This document shows, piece by piece, positions 15,418-22,682 of a DNA stretch of 24,000 nucleotides; position 1 is the first letter of the stretch, and each line of letters begins with the position of its first letter. Made by a program: the position numbers and the translations under genes. This stretch comes from Patescibacteria group bacterium (GTDB lineage: Bacteria; Patescibacteriota; Minisyncoccia; Minisyncoccales; GCA-002788555). The stretch spans positions 10,771-34,770 of the forward strand of contig JAZDJT010000005.1 of the NCBI GenBank assembly GCA_043803845.1, given 5' to 3'. A model generated the notes under the pieces. That model did no database searches, was not told the DNA's origin, and saw only the letters and a list, made by a program, of their open reading frames with translations.

Positions 15418-15870
15418 ATGGCGATTCCTATCGAAAAAATAAAAAAGCTCAGAGAAAAAACGAATATCTCGGTAGCCGAATGCAAAAAAGCCCTCGAAGA
15501 AAAGGAAGATGATTTCGACGAGGCGCTAAAAATCCTAAAGAAAAAAGGTGCAGAGATTTTAGAGAAGAAAAAGAGCAGACAGACAAAATCGGGGCTTGTC
15601 GATGCCTATCTGCATCAAAATGGTAAAGTAGCCGCCATCGTTAAGGTTTCTTGCGAGAGTGATTTTGCCTCAAGAAACGAAGAGTTTCGTGATTTTGTTC
15701 ACGACTTATCAATGCAGATTGCGGCCATGGCGCCATTGAGTATCGAAGAACTCCTTAAACAACCTTACATAAAAGACGTCAAAAAAAACATCAAGGACTT
15801 ATTGGAAGAACTTGTTTGCAAGATAGGGGAGAACGTTAAGATAGACGACTTTAAAAGGTTGGAATTGTAA
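15418..15870 (+). CDS. tsf: Elongation factor Ts, short form
   Basis: The N-terminal UBA-like region is IKKLREKTNISVAECKKALEEKEDDFDEALKILKKKG, followed by SGLVDAYLHQNGKVAAIVKVSCESDFASRNEEF. About 150 aa from ATG 15418 (ORF-track TTG at 15409). Confidence 0.8.
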   Translation: MAIPIEKIKKLREKTNISVAECKKALEEKEDDFDEALKILKKKGAEILEKKKSRQTKSGLVDAYLHQNGKVAAIVKVSCESDFASRNEEFRDFVHDLSMQIAAMAPLSIEELLKQPYIKDVKKNIKDLLEELVCKIGENVKIDDFKRLEL

Positions 15871-15876
15871 CAAGTC

Positions 15877-15903
15877 AAAGACGATTTTAAAATCGTCTTT
15901 TCT
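15877..15903 (+). terminator. Rho-independent terminator after tsf
   Basis: Perfect palindrome AAAGACGATTTT/AAAATCGTCTTT at 15877-15900 (GACGA/TCGTC core stem), running into TTTTCT. Confidence 0.7.
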
Positions 15904-15948
15904 ATAAAAATAGAAGAACTTCTTTTCTAGTAAAATAAGAAAAAAACC

Positions 15949-16302
15949 ATGTCTTTGATATTAATTTTTCAGATTATTTTTTCTCTCTCTCTATTGGTTG
16001 TGCTTTTTATTTTTCTAAGAAACTTACCGTTCCTTGTTGAGTTTGAGCCGCGTTCTTTGTCCAAGGAAGAAAAATTAACCTTTCGTTTAAGAAGAAAAAT
16101 ATCTTCTGCTGGGGGAAGGATTAGTGAGGCGGTTCACAAAGTTAGAGAGAAAATGGTCCACCGTTTAAAAGTCTCCACGCTTAAAATAGATAATTTTCTC
16201 ACCTCTTACCTAAAGAAAACTCGCGAGATTAGATTGCAAAAGAAAAAAAACGGTGATAAAAGTGCAGAGAAATCTAAGGCAGCGACAGAAAGCAAAAGAT
16301 AA
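15949..16302 (+). CDS. Small basic membrane-anchored protein, function unknown
   Basis: 117 aa with an N-terminal hydrophobic helix (LILIFQIIFSLSLLVVLFIFL), then a K/R-rich tail. Its stop overlaps the lepA ATG (TAATG at 16300-16304). Confidence 0.5.
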   Translation: MSLILIFQIIFSLSLLVVLFIFLRNLPFLVEFEPRSLSKEEKLTFRLRRKISSAGGRISEAVHKVREKMVHRLKVSTLKIDNFLTSYLKKTREIRLQKKKNGDKSAEKSKAATESKR

Positions 16303-18137
16303 TGTCCCAAGATCTTAAATTAATAAGAAATTTTACAATAATTTCTCACATCGATCACGGTAAATCCACATTGGCTGACCGTTTTTTAGAATTGACGAAA
16401 ACTGTTCCCAAGGAGAAATTAACAGAGCAGTATCTTGACAAGATGTCGCTGGAAAGGGAGCGGGGGATTACCATTAAAATGCATCCTTGCCGCTTGTCTT
16501 TAAAGTCCGCTCTTGATATTTACCAATTGAACCTTATTGATACGCCTGGCCATGTAGACTTTTCTTATGAAGTTTCGAGGGCTTTGGCGGCGGTAGAGGG
16601 AGCAATACTCCTAGTAGACGTCACCAAAGGAATTCAAGCTCAGACTATCGCCAATTTAGAATCGGCAAAAAAAGAAGGGTTGGTCATCATCTCGGCGGTG
16701 AACAAGATAGACGTCGCCTTTGACGAGAGAGTTGAAGAGGTAAAAAAAGAAATAGCTGATCTGCTGTCGGTTAATCCCTCCGAGGTCTTAGCCGTCTCCG
16801 GTAAAAAAGGCATAGGAATCGATAATTTATTTGCCCAGATTCTAAAGAAGGTTCCTTCTCCCTCCGGTTCTCCCGAGGCACCTTTTAAGGCTTTAATTTT
16901 TGATTCCAAGTACGACCCTTTTCAAGGCGTAGTCGCTTACATCAGAATTTTTGAGGGAAGCGTTCGGGAAGGCGACAAAATCTATTTTTTGAGAAAGGGA
17001 GTTGAGGGCGTGGCTAAAGAAGTCGGTTATTTTTCACCGGAACTTCATTCCACAGGAAAACTTTCTGCCGGCGAAATAGGCTATATAAAAACCGGAATCA
17101 GAGAACCGGAGAGAGTAAGGGTTGGGGACACCATTATCATTTTAAAATTAGCATCATCGGCCTCTGAAAAAAATATCCCAGTTTCTCCATTGGCCGGCTA
17201 TCAAGAACCTCGAGAAGTAGTTTTCACTTCTCTGTTTCCCCAGGAACCGACAACCTTCCAGGACTTAAGGAAATCCCTAGAAGAGCTACACCTCTCGGAC
17301 CCTTCTTTTTCTTTTAGGGAAATACAGAGAAGGGTCGCACAGAGCCAGGTGAGTAGAGGTTTCCAGTGCGGGTTTTTAGGTCTTTTACACATCGAAATAG
17401 TTTTGGAGAGACTGAAGAGAGAATTCATGCTCTCCATTTTTATCGCTAACCCCACCACCTCTTACAAAATTACGGATGAAAAAGGAGAAGAAAGGATAAT
17501 ATCCTCCGCCCAGGACTGGCCGGACAGTTCTTCGATAAGAAAAATAAGAGAGCCTTGGGCAAAAATAGAGATTATCACACCTCAAAAATACTTTAACGAT
17601 ATTTTTAAGCTTTTTACCCTATTCAAGATTAATTTTTTATCAAGCAAGAGTTTTGGCAGGGATAAGTTAGAAATAGATTGTGAGATGCCTTTCAGAAAAT
17701 TGATAGAGAATTTCTACGACAAGCTCAAGAGCGTATCTCAAGGCTTTGCCTCGATGAATTTTGCAATAGAGGATTTCAGAATCGCCGATGTTGTAAAGGT
17801 AGACATATTAATAGCCCAAAAGAAAGAAGCGTCTCTCTCGAAAATAGTAGAGAGAGAAGAGGCTTATAAAGAAGGAAAGAAAATCGTAGAGAAGTTGAAG
17901 GAAGTCTTTCCGCAGCAGCTTTTCCCCGTTGCTCTCCAGGCGGCAATCGGCGGAAAAATCATTGCCAGAGAAACTGTAAAGGCCCTTAGAAAGGATGTAA
18001 CAGCCCCGCTTTACGGAGGCGATATTACCAGAAAAAGAAAACTTCTTGAAAAACAAAAAAAAGGCAAAGAAAAATTGGCAGAGAGAGGTAACATTACCAT
18101 ACCGACAGATGTTATTATCAGGCTTTTAAAAGAATAA
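16302..18137 (+). CDS. lepA: Translation elongation factor 4 (LepA)
   Basis: IRNFTIISHIDHGKSTLADR (G1), LIDTPGHVDFSYEVSR (G3), NKID (G4), and the LepA-type GFQCGFLGLLHIEIVLERLKREF plus a C-terminal domain. 611 aa. Confidence 0.95.
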   Translation: MSQDLKLIRNFTIISHIDHGKSTLADRFLELTKTVPKEKLTEQYLDKMSLERERGITIKMHPCRLSLKSALDIYQLNLIDTPGHVDFSYEVSRALAAVEGAILLVDVTKGIQAQTIANLESAKKEGLVIISAVNKIDVAFDERVEEVKKEIADLLSVNPSEVLAVSGKKGIGIDNLFAQILKKVPSPSGSPEAPFKALIFDSKYDPFQGVVAYIRIFEGSVREGDKIYFLRKGVEGVAKEVGYFSPELHSTGKLSAGEIGYIKTGIREPERVRVGDTIIILKLASSASEKNIPVSPLAGYQEPREVVFTSLFPQEPTTFQDLRKSLEELHLSDPSFSFREIQRRVAQSQVSRGFQCGFLGLLHIEIVLERLKREFMLSIFIANPTTSYKITDEKGEERIISSAQDWPDSSSIRKIREPWAKIEIITPQKYFNDIFKLFTLFKINFLSSKSFGRDKLEIDCEMPFRKLIENFYDKLKSVSQGFASMNFAIEDFRIADVVKVDILIAQKKEASLSKIVEREEAYKEGKKIVEKLKEVFPQQLFPVALQAAIGGKIIARETVKALRKDVTAPLYGGDITRKRKLLEKQKKGKEKLAERGNITIPTDVIIRLLKE

Positions 18138-18143
18138 TTTTCA

Positions 18144-18172
18144 TTGACATTTATGAATTTTGCCAATACAAT
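18144..18172 (+). promoter_or_regulatory. Candidate promoter for the tRNA/rpmG cluster (TTGACA-17-TACAAT)
   Basis: TTGACA at 18144-18149, a 17-nt spacer, TACAAT at 18167-18172. It begins 7 nt after the lepA stop and ends about 140 nt before the first tRNA. Confidence 0.5.
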
Positions 18173-18312
18173 ATTCTTTATTAAGGACTTGACTAAGGAC
18201 TTAATTTCCCTTAAAGACTTAAATTTTGGAAAGCTTTTGTCGATTTTCTTTGGAAATAGCATGGCTCAGCATTAGAGGGCAGCGTTTTGTATAGGTTCGG
18301 TAAGGTCGGCTT

Positions 18313-18387
18313 GCCGGCGTAGCTCAGCGGCAGAGCAACTGTTTTGTAAACAGTAGGTCGTCAGTTCAAATCTGACCGTCGGCTCCA
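18313..18387 (+). tRNA. tRNA-Thr (anticodon UGU), CCA encoded
   Basis: Hand-folded cloverleaf: acceptor GCCGGCG/CGTCGGC, D arm GCTC-AGCGGCA-GAGC, anticodon arm ACTGT-TTTGTAA-ACAGT, variable AGGTC, T arm GTCAG-TTCAAAT-CTGAC, discriminator T, then CCA. Confidence 0.9.
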
Positions 18388-18524
18388 TGTCTGGCAAGTA
18401 CGATTTATACTGGAGTAAAACGTAGGTCATTGCTAAGAATAGAAATGTTTCAGTTAGTAAGAGGAGACAGTAAGCTTAGACTAGAATTAGAAGGATGCGG
18501 ACATTAAAAACTTGAGGCGACAAT

Positions 18525-18608
18525 GGGTAGGTGGCGGAGTGGACAAACGCAGCAGTCTGTAAAACTGCCGGCCTTTGGCCTACGGGGGTTCGAATCCCTC
18601 CCTGCCCA
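18525..18608 (+). tRNA. tRNA-Tyr (anticodon GUA), long variable arm
   Basis: Acceptor GGGTAGG/CCTGCCC, anticodon arm GCAGT-CTGTAAA-ACTGC, long variable arm CGGCCTTTGGCCTAC (bacterial class II Tyr), T arm GGGGG-TTCGAAT-CCCTC. CCA is not encoded. Confidence 0.9.
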
Positions 18609-18694
18609 CACTTCACTTCGTTCAGTCGAACCATATCAATGATAAGAGTTTATTCTGAACAAAATGAAGGGTTTACACTGGGCTAAATCGAATT

Positions 18695-18767
18695 GCCTAA
18701 GTAGCTCAGGCAGCAGAGCACGTCTTTGGTAAAGACGAGGTCAGCGGTGCAAATCCGCTCTTAGGCT
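18695..18767 (+). tRNA. tRNA-Thr (anticodon GGU)
   Basis: Acceptor GCCTAAG/CTTAGGC, D arm GCTC-AGGCAGCA-GAGC, anticodon arm CGTCT-TTGGTAA-AGACG, variable AGGTC, T arm AGCGG-TGCAAAT-CCGCT. Note G at the usual U55 position. CCA is not encoded. Confidence 0.85.
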
Positions 18768-18852
18768 CAAGAAAAATTGCGGTAAGATCATCGTCAGTAT
18801 AAATCTAGCCTTGTCCTAAACTAAAAATATTAAAAGAAAATAATTTATAAAT

Positions 18853-19017
18853 ATGCCAAAGAAAAATAGAAAATTAATTAAGCTACAGTGTAAGGACTGC
18901 GGGAAAATCAATTATCATAAATATAAAAATACCAAATCAGTAGAGAGAAAAATAGAGCTTAAGAAATTTTGTAAGTTCTGCAAAAAGCATACTGTACACA
19001 AAGAAACCAAGAGATAG
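18853..19017 (+). CDS. rpmG: 50S ribosomal protein L33
   Basis: Not in the ORF track (54 aa). Hand translation gives MPKKNRKLIKLQCKDCGKINYHKYKNTKSVERKIELKKFCKFCKKHTVHKETKR, with CxxC...CxxC and the L33 pattern (NY-x-x-x-KN, ELKK-x-C-x-x-C-x-KHT-x-HKE). Confidence 0.85.
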   Translation: MPKKNRKLIKLQCKDCGKINYHKYKNTKSVERKIELKKFCKFCKKHTVHKETKR

Positions 19018-19081
19018 AGCTGGCGTTTTAAAGTCCTTAACATTCAAAAGCAAAAGTTGCCTTGCCGTTCGCTAAAGATAT

Positions 19082-19152
19082 AGGGGCATAGTTCAATGGT
19101 AGAATGCCTCTCTCCAAAAGAGGTGATCAGGGTTCGAATCCTTGTGCCCCTG
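19082..19152 (+). tRNA. tRNA-Trp (anticodon CCA)
   Basis: Acceptor AGGGGCA/TGCCCCT, D arm GTTC-AATGGTA-GAAT, anticodon arm CCTCT-CTCCAAA-AGAGG, 4-nt variable region, T arm CAGGG-TTCGAAT-CCTTG, discriminator G. Confidence 0.85.
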
Positions 19153-19304
19153 CTGATTATTATTTAGTAGCTAGAAAAATATTGACAGTATTCAACCTTC
19201 AGTCTTGTCCAGAGGGAAAAGACTCTTGACAGCCAGCCATAGTAAAAATTAAAATTAATCTTTCGGCAAGAATACACTTGTTCGCAGCAAGGAATTAGAG
19301 AAAT

Positions 19305-20021
19305 ATGGAAGGAAAAAACGTTTTAAAGCACGTAGCCCTAATACCAGACGGTAATAGACGTTGGGCAAAAAAAAGAGGATTTAAACCCTGGGTTGGTCAC
19401 GGAGCCGGTGCAAAGATATTAGAGGGTATTCTCCAAAAAACTCTCGAATTTAAAATTCCTTATTTTACCTTTTGGGGAGGTTCTCTTGATAACTTGACCA
19501 AGCGGCCCAAATTAGAGGTTGATTTTTTGGTTAAACTGTATAGCGATCAGTTTGAAAGGATTTTGAGAGATAAGAGGATTCACCAAAATAAGGTAAAAAT
19601 AAATGTCTTCGGTCGCTGGCAAGAAGTCATTCCTCAAAAGGTAAAGAAAACCATCCAGAGGGCAATTGATGCGACGAAGAGTTACGATAAGAATTTCCTT
19701 AATTTTCTTATAGCTTATGACGGCAAAGACGAAATGATGAACTGTATTTCTGAAATAGTGAAGATTAGCAAAGAAAAGCCAGTTAAGATAACCGAAGATT
19801 TGGTTAAAAAAAATCTCTGGACAAAAGATTTGCCGCCAGTTGATATCGTTATAAGAACGGGTTGCAATAACGATCCTCACATGTCTGCCGGCTTTATGAT
19901 GTGGGACACAGCTTACACCCAATACTACTTTACCAAAACCTTTTTTCCATCCTTTGATTCAAAAGAGTTTGAGAAAATCATAATAGATTATCTAGAGAGA
20001 GAAAGGAGGATGGGTAAATAA
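19305..20021 (+). CDS. uppS: Undecaprenyl (cis-polyprenyl) diphosphate synthase
   Basis: HVALIPDGNRRWAKKRG is the cis-IPPS signature (DGNRRWA). IRTGCNNDPHMSAGFMMWDTAYTQYYF and the C-terminal ERRMG match the RxG end motif. Confidence 0.9.
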   Translation: MEGKNVLKHVALIPDGNRRWAKKRGFKPWVGHGAGAKILEGILQKTLEFKIPYFTFWGGSLDNLTKRPKLEVDFLVKLYSDQFERILRDKRIHQNKVKINVFGRWQEVIPQKVKKTIQRAIDATKSYDKNFLNFLIAYDGKDEMMNCISEIVKISKEKPVKITEDLVKKNLWTKDLPPVDIVIRTGCNNDPHMSAGFMMWDTAYTQYYFTKTFFPSFDSKEFEKIIIDYLERERRMGK

Positions 20022-20179
20022 TTTCTATATTTTCTTGCCCTAAAACTAAGAGGATAATTCAGTAGATACAGGAGCAACCCCGGAGCTAAGCGAAGGAAAA
20101 TACATAAATCACAAAATTTTGCGAAGCAAAATTTTTAAGGTACGCGAGTACCATGGGCGTTAGCCCCTAGATTTCTATA

Positions 20180-21181
20180 ATGACTTCTCTCTTTCAAAAA
20201 GAACTCTCCAGATACAAAAAAAAATTCGATTCTCTCTTTCTGGGTTATATTCCCAAAACCCCCAAAAGCTTGTGGCAGCCGGTTATTTATCATTTCAAAA
20301 GCGGCGGCAAGCGCTGGCGCCCCTTTCTAGTTAGAGTGATAGCTAAAATGTACAGAGTTCCATCTTTAGAATCTTTGCCTCTTGAAGCGATAGTGGAACT
20401 TACTCACAACTGGACACTAATTCATGACGACATCGAAGACGGCGACACCTTGCGAAGAGGTAGTCCAACCGTCTGGAAAAAATTCGGAATCGATTACGGG
20501 GTCAATAGCGGTGACGCCATGTTTGCTCTTTCGTTTAAAATATTGAAAGACAGCGAGAAAAAATGGGGAAGAAAAAACACTCTTTACGTCTTGGAGAAAT
20601 TTGTTGAGATGCTGAATTTATTGACTGAGGGTCAAAACTTAGAATTCGACTTCCGAAGAAAAATTGGCAATATCAAGATATCAGATTATTTGACGATGAT
20701 AAAGAAGAAAACCGCCGCACTGCCAAAATTCGGACTAATCTCTATAGCCAAATTAGGCGGAGCGAGAGAGAGAGCAATTAAGTCATTGGAGGTTTTTTGC
20801 GACAATATTTTTCCGGCTTTTCAGATTAGAGACGATGTTTTGAATTTAATAGGGGGAAAGGATTGCGGAGAGGAAGTCGGCGGTGATATAAAAGAAGGAA
20901 AGAGAACTCTCCCGATCTTACATCTGATGAATAATGTTTCTTTGAGAGAGAGGAACAGTTTGCTCAAAACACTGACCAAGGGTAGAAACAGAGTGGCGTC
21001 AGGAGAAGTCAAAAGAGTGGTTGGGCTGATGGAGGAAAAGAAGTCAATCAAATACACCTTCTCTTTTATCGAAAAGTTAGTTATAAAAGGTAAAGAAGCT
21101 CTTTTTAATATTGTTCCTTCAAGAGGAAGAGTTATCCTCGAAGAGATCGCCTCTTGGCTTAGCCAAAAAAGAGATTTTTAA
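20180..21181 (+). CDS. Short-chain trans-polyprenyl diphosphate synthase (FPP/GGPP synthase-like)
   Basis: The first Asp-rich motif is LIHDDIEDGDTLRRG (DDxxD with no insertion). The second motif region is FQIRDDVLNL, followed by GGDIKEGKRTLPIL. Confidence 0.85.
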   Translation: MTSLFQKELSRYKKKFDSLFLGYIPKTPKSLWQPVIYHFKSGGKRWRPFLVRVIAKMYRVPSLESLPLEAIVELTHNWTLIHDDIEDGDTLRRGSPTVWKKFGIDYGVNSGDAMFALSFKILKDSEKKWGRKNTLYVLEKFVEMLNLLTEGQNLEFDFRRKIGNIKISDYLTMIKKKTAALPKFGLISIAKLGGARERAIKSLEVFCDNIFPAFQIRDDVLNLIGGKDCGEEVGGDIKEGKRTLPILHLMNNVSLRERNSLLKTLTKGRNRVASGEVKRVVGLMEEKKSIKYTFSFIEKLVIKGKEALFNIVPSRGRVILEEIASWLSQKRDF

Positions 21182-21190
21182 CGTGCTTTT

Positions 21191-21808
21191 ATGTCTTTAA
21201 TTAGTTCTTTGATATCGGAAGGCTACTTAAAAAGTACTCGGATAATTGAAGCTTTTAGAACTATAAAAAGAATTGATTTTCTGGCATCTCATCTCAAGTC
21301 ATTGGCCGAGGTGGACGAAGCCCTACCAACCGGCGAAGGTCAGACGATATCCCAGCCAGCGGTAGTGGCTTTTATGATAGAGCTTTTACAGCCGAAAGTG
21401 GGAGAGAAAATTTTAGACATTGGTTCCGGCTCGGGGTGGACTACCGCTCTCTTGTCTCAGATAGTGGGAGAGAAAGGGAGAGTCTTCGGATTAGAGTCGG
21501 TGCCTTCCCTGGTGCAATTTGGTCGGGAAAACATCAAGAAATATAATTTTTTCGAAAAAGGAATTGCCCAAATCCTTTTAAAAGATGGTTCAAAGGGACT
21601 GCCAAATGAGGCACCGTTTGATAAGATAATGGTTTCCGCCTCGGCGGAAAGAATTCCTCATCCGTTAAAAGACCAACTAAAGACAGGAGGAAGACTGGTA
21701 ATCCCAGTTTTTACGAGCATTTGGTTGATAGAGAAGAAAGATGATAATGACTTTGAAGAGACAGAATACCCGGGTTTTGTATTTGTCCCTCTAATAAGTG
21801 GAAAATAG
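21191..21808 (+). CDS. pcm: Protein-L-isoaspartate O-methyltransferase
   Basis: GQTISQPAVVAFMIELL (PIMT pre-motif) and the SAM-binding ILDIGSGSGWTTALL. 205 aa. Confidence 0.85.
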   Translation: MSLISSLISEGYLKSTRIIEAFRTIKRIDFLASHLKSLAEVDEALPTGEGQTISQPAVVAFMIELLQPKVGEKILDIGSGSGWTTALLSQIVGEKGRVFGLESVPSLVQFGRENIKKYNFFEKGIAQILLKDGSKGLPNEAPFDKIMVSASAERIPHPLKDQLKTGGRLVIPVFTSIWLIEKKDDNDFEETEYPGFVFVPLISGK

Positions 21809-21851
21809 AAATAATATTTATATTAGTCCCACTATAAGTGGGAAAGCAAAC

Positions 21852-22682
21852 ATGGCGAAAGAAACAATTATTTTTACAATCATACTATTACTGTTCCTTT
21901 TTATTTACTCTTATTTTGTGGAGCCCTTTAGCTTGCAGATTGTAAGAAGGGATTTATCATACAGTGATTTGCCTCTCAACCTTGAAGGATTGAAAATCAT
22001 GCATCTTTCGGATTTTCATTGCCGCAGTTTCACCATTAGAGAAAAAAGGTTAGTCGAGGTAATCACTCGGGAGAAACCGGATTTTATATTTTTTACCGGC
22101 GATTTCGTTGAGAAAGACGAATGGATTTCGTCCTGCGAAGAAATTTTATCCAGAATTGCCAATGAAAACCCCAATTTTTTCGGAGTTTTCGGCAATCACG
22201 ACCACGGATTGAACACTTCCACTGAAAAACTGGAAAGCATTTTTGAGAAAAAAGGAATAAAAATATTAACAAACGAATCAACAGTGATAAAGTTCAAAAA
22301 CGGCCGTTTTTACTTGATAGGCATAGACGATCCTTATTTGGACTACGACAATCTCAGCTCGGCCCTAGAAGACGTTGAAAAGAATAAATTCAAAATTCTT
22401 CTCTCGCACTCCCCCCAGATTTTTCTAGAGGAAAAAGAATTGATTAATAATAACGATATTGACCTTATTTTGTCCGGTCACACGCACGGCGGACAAATAA
22501 ATATACCTTTTATAACAGATTTTTTCCTTTCCCTTTGGCCCAGCGGAAAATATACAGCGGGCCTTTTTGAGGAGGGTAAAGTCCTCATCTATGTGAATAG
22601 GGGGATAGGTAGCTTTTATAGATTGCCCCTGAGGTTAAACGCTCCTCCCGAGGCCACCATAATCACTTTAAGATTAAAATGA
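21852..22682 (+). CDS. Membrane-anchored metallophosphoesterase (calcineurin-like)
   Basis: N-terminal TM helix, then HLSDFH, FTGDFV, GNHDH and SGHTHGGQ metal-ligand motifs. Start taken at ATG 21852 rather than the ORF-track GTG at 21798, which overlaps pcm. Confidence 0.8.
   Translation: MAKETIIFTIILLLFLFIYSYFVEPFSLQIVRRDLSYSDLPLNLEGLKIMHLSDFHCRSFTIREKRLVEVITREKPDFIFFTGDFVEKDEWISSCEEILSRIANENPNFFGVFGNHDHGLNTSTEKLESIFEKKGIKILTNESTVIKFKNGRFYLIGIDDPYLDYDNLSSALEDVEKNKFKILLSHSPQIFLEEKELINNNDIDLILSGHTHGGQINIPFITDFFLSLWPSGKYTAGLFEEGKVLIYVNRGIGSFYRLPLRLNAPPEATIITLRLK

Noticed and set aside
19182-19255. Two TTGACA hexamers (19182 and 19226) upstream of uppS
   Set aside because: The first has no acceptable -10 at 16-18 nt. 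The second pairs only with a weak TAAAAT at an 18-nt spacing. This is too uncertain to list as a feature.
20176-20181. TATAAT hexamer suggesting a promoter or leaderless start for the prenyl synthase
   Set aside because: The hexamer overlaps the ATG itself (20180-20182), so it cannot act as a -10 for this start codon.
21787-21846. Imperfect direct repeat GTCCCTCTAATAAGTGGAAA / GTCCCACTATAAGTGGGAAA, 40 nt apart at the pcm / phosphoesterase junction (PLISGK versus PTISGK)
   Set aside because: The match is short and gapped, and lies in different frames. The second copy sits in the likely untranslated stretch before ATG 21852. It is probably a small junctional duplication of no clear function.
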